Positions 63,755-64,000 of a stretch of 64,000 nucleotides of DNA are shown here, one piece after another. The DNA comes from Azolla caroliniana (taxonomy: Eukaryota; Plantae; Polypodiophyta), in the NCBI GenBank assembly GCA_043228905.1, contig JBHGNT010000018.1, positions 16,368,001 to 16,432,000 of the forward strand. The letters are read 5' to 3'. The position numbers and the translations under genes were made by a program. Numbering within the stretch: position 1 is the first letter of the stretch; every line of letters starts with the position of its first letter. The notes beneath the pieces are model-generated. The model did not search any database. It saw only the letters and a program-made list of their open reading frames with translations, and was not told where the DNA came from.

Positions 63755-64000
63755 ATTCTTCATCTTCCTCTTCTTTCTTCTCCAAATCGGGAGGCCTTTT
63801 AATGGCTAGTTATGATTGAATTAACCAGCCATTGAAAGACCTAGATTAAGCTCATCTTGATGTCTATTCCATGTCAATATGAATGGTCATCAAGGATTGA
63901 AAATGTATCTAATGTATATAGTCTATTTATGATTAAAATTGCTTTGAAATTTTATGAAATTTTGGTCAAATTAGCTCTGGTCAATATGAATGAGATAATG

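Overview
Eukaryotic plant nuclear DNA, probably from a non-seed land plant such as a fern, lycophyte or bryophyte (inferred from the transposon lineages; not verifiable here). It holds one intact host gene, a 4-exon PIP2 aquaporin (15681-18681, +, 275 aa), surrounded by nested transposable elements. Three Ty3/Gypsy elements are full length. The first (2026-11803, +) is very young, tRNA-Arg-primed, and carries a third large ORF after pol. The second (50723-57730, -) is tRNA-Trp-primed, has a 4-bp TSD and a candidate -1 frameshift between protease and RT. The third (58088-63754, -) is a self-priming chromovirus whose LTRs contain a tRNA-like A-box/B-box segment. The rest comprises several truncated Ty1/Copia and Gypsy relics, an L1-type LINE, two other LINE fragments, a pogo/Tc1-like non-autonomous element with a 48-bp palindromic tandem array, a hAT MITE and a decayed hAT transposase. 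Most notable: (i) the extra ORF3 cassette, with a candidate ABRE/G-box + TATA internal promoter, is conserved at the same position in a second, divergent Gypsy relic in this window; (ii) tRNA-like Pol III promoter elements sit inside chromovirus LTRs; (iii) two unrelated retrotransposons inserted 5 bp apart in consecutive copies of a ~348-bp repeat. All alignments and counts were done by eye.
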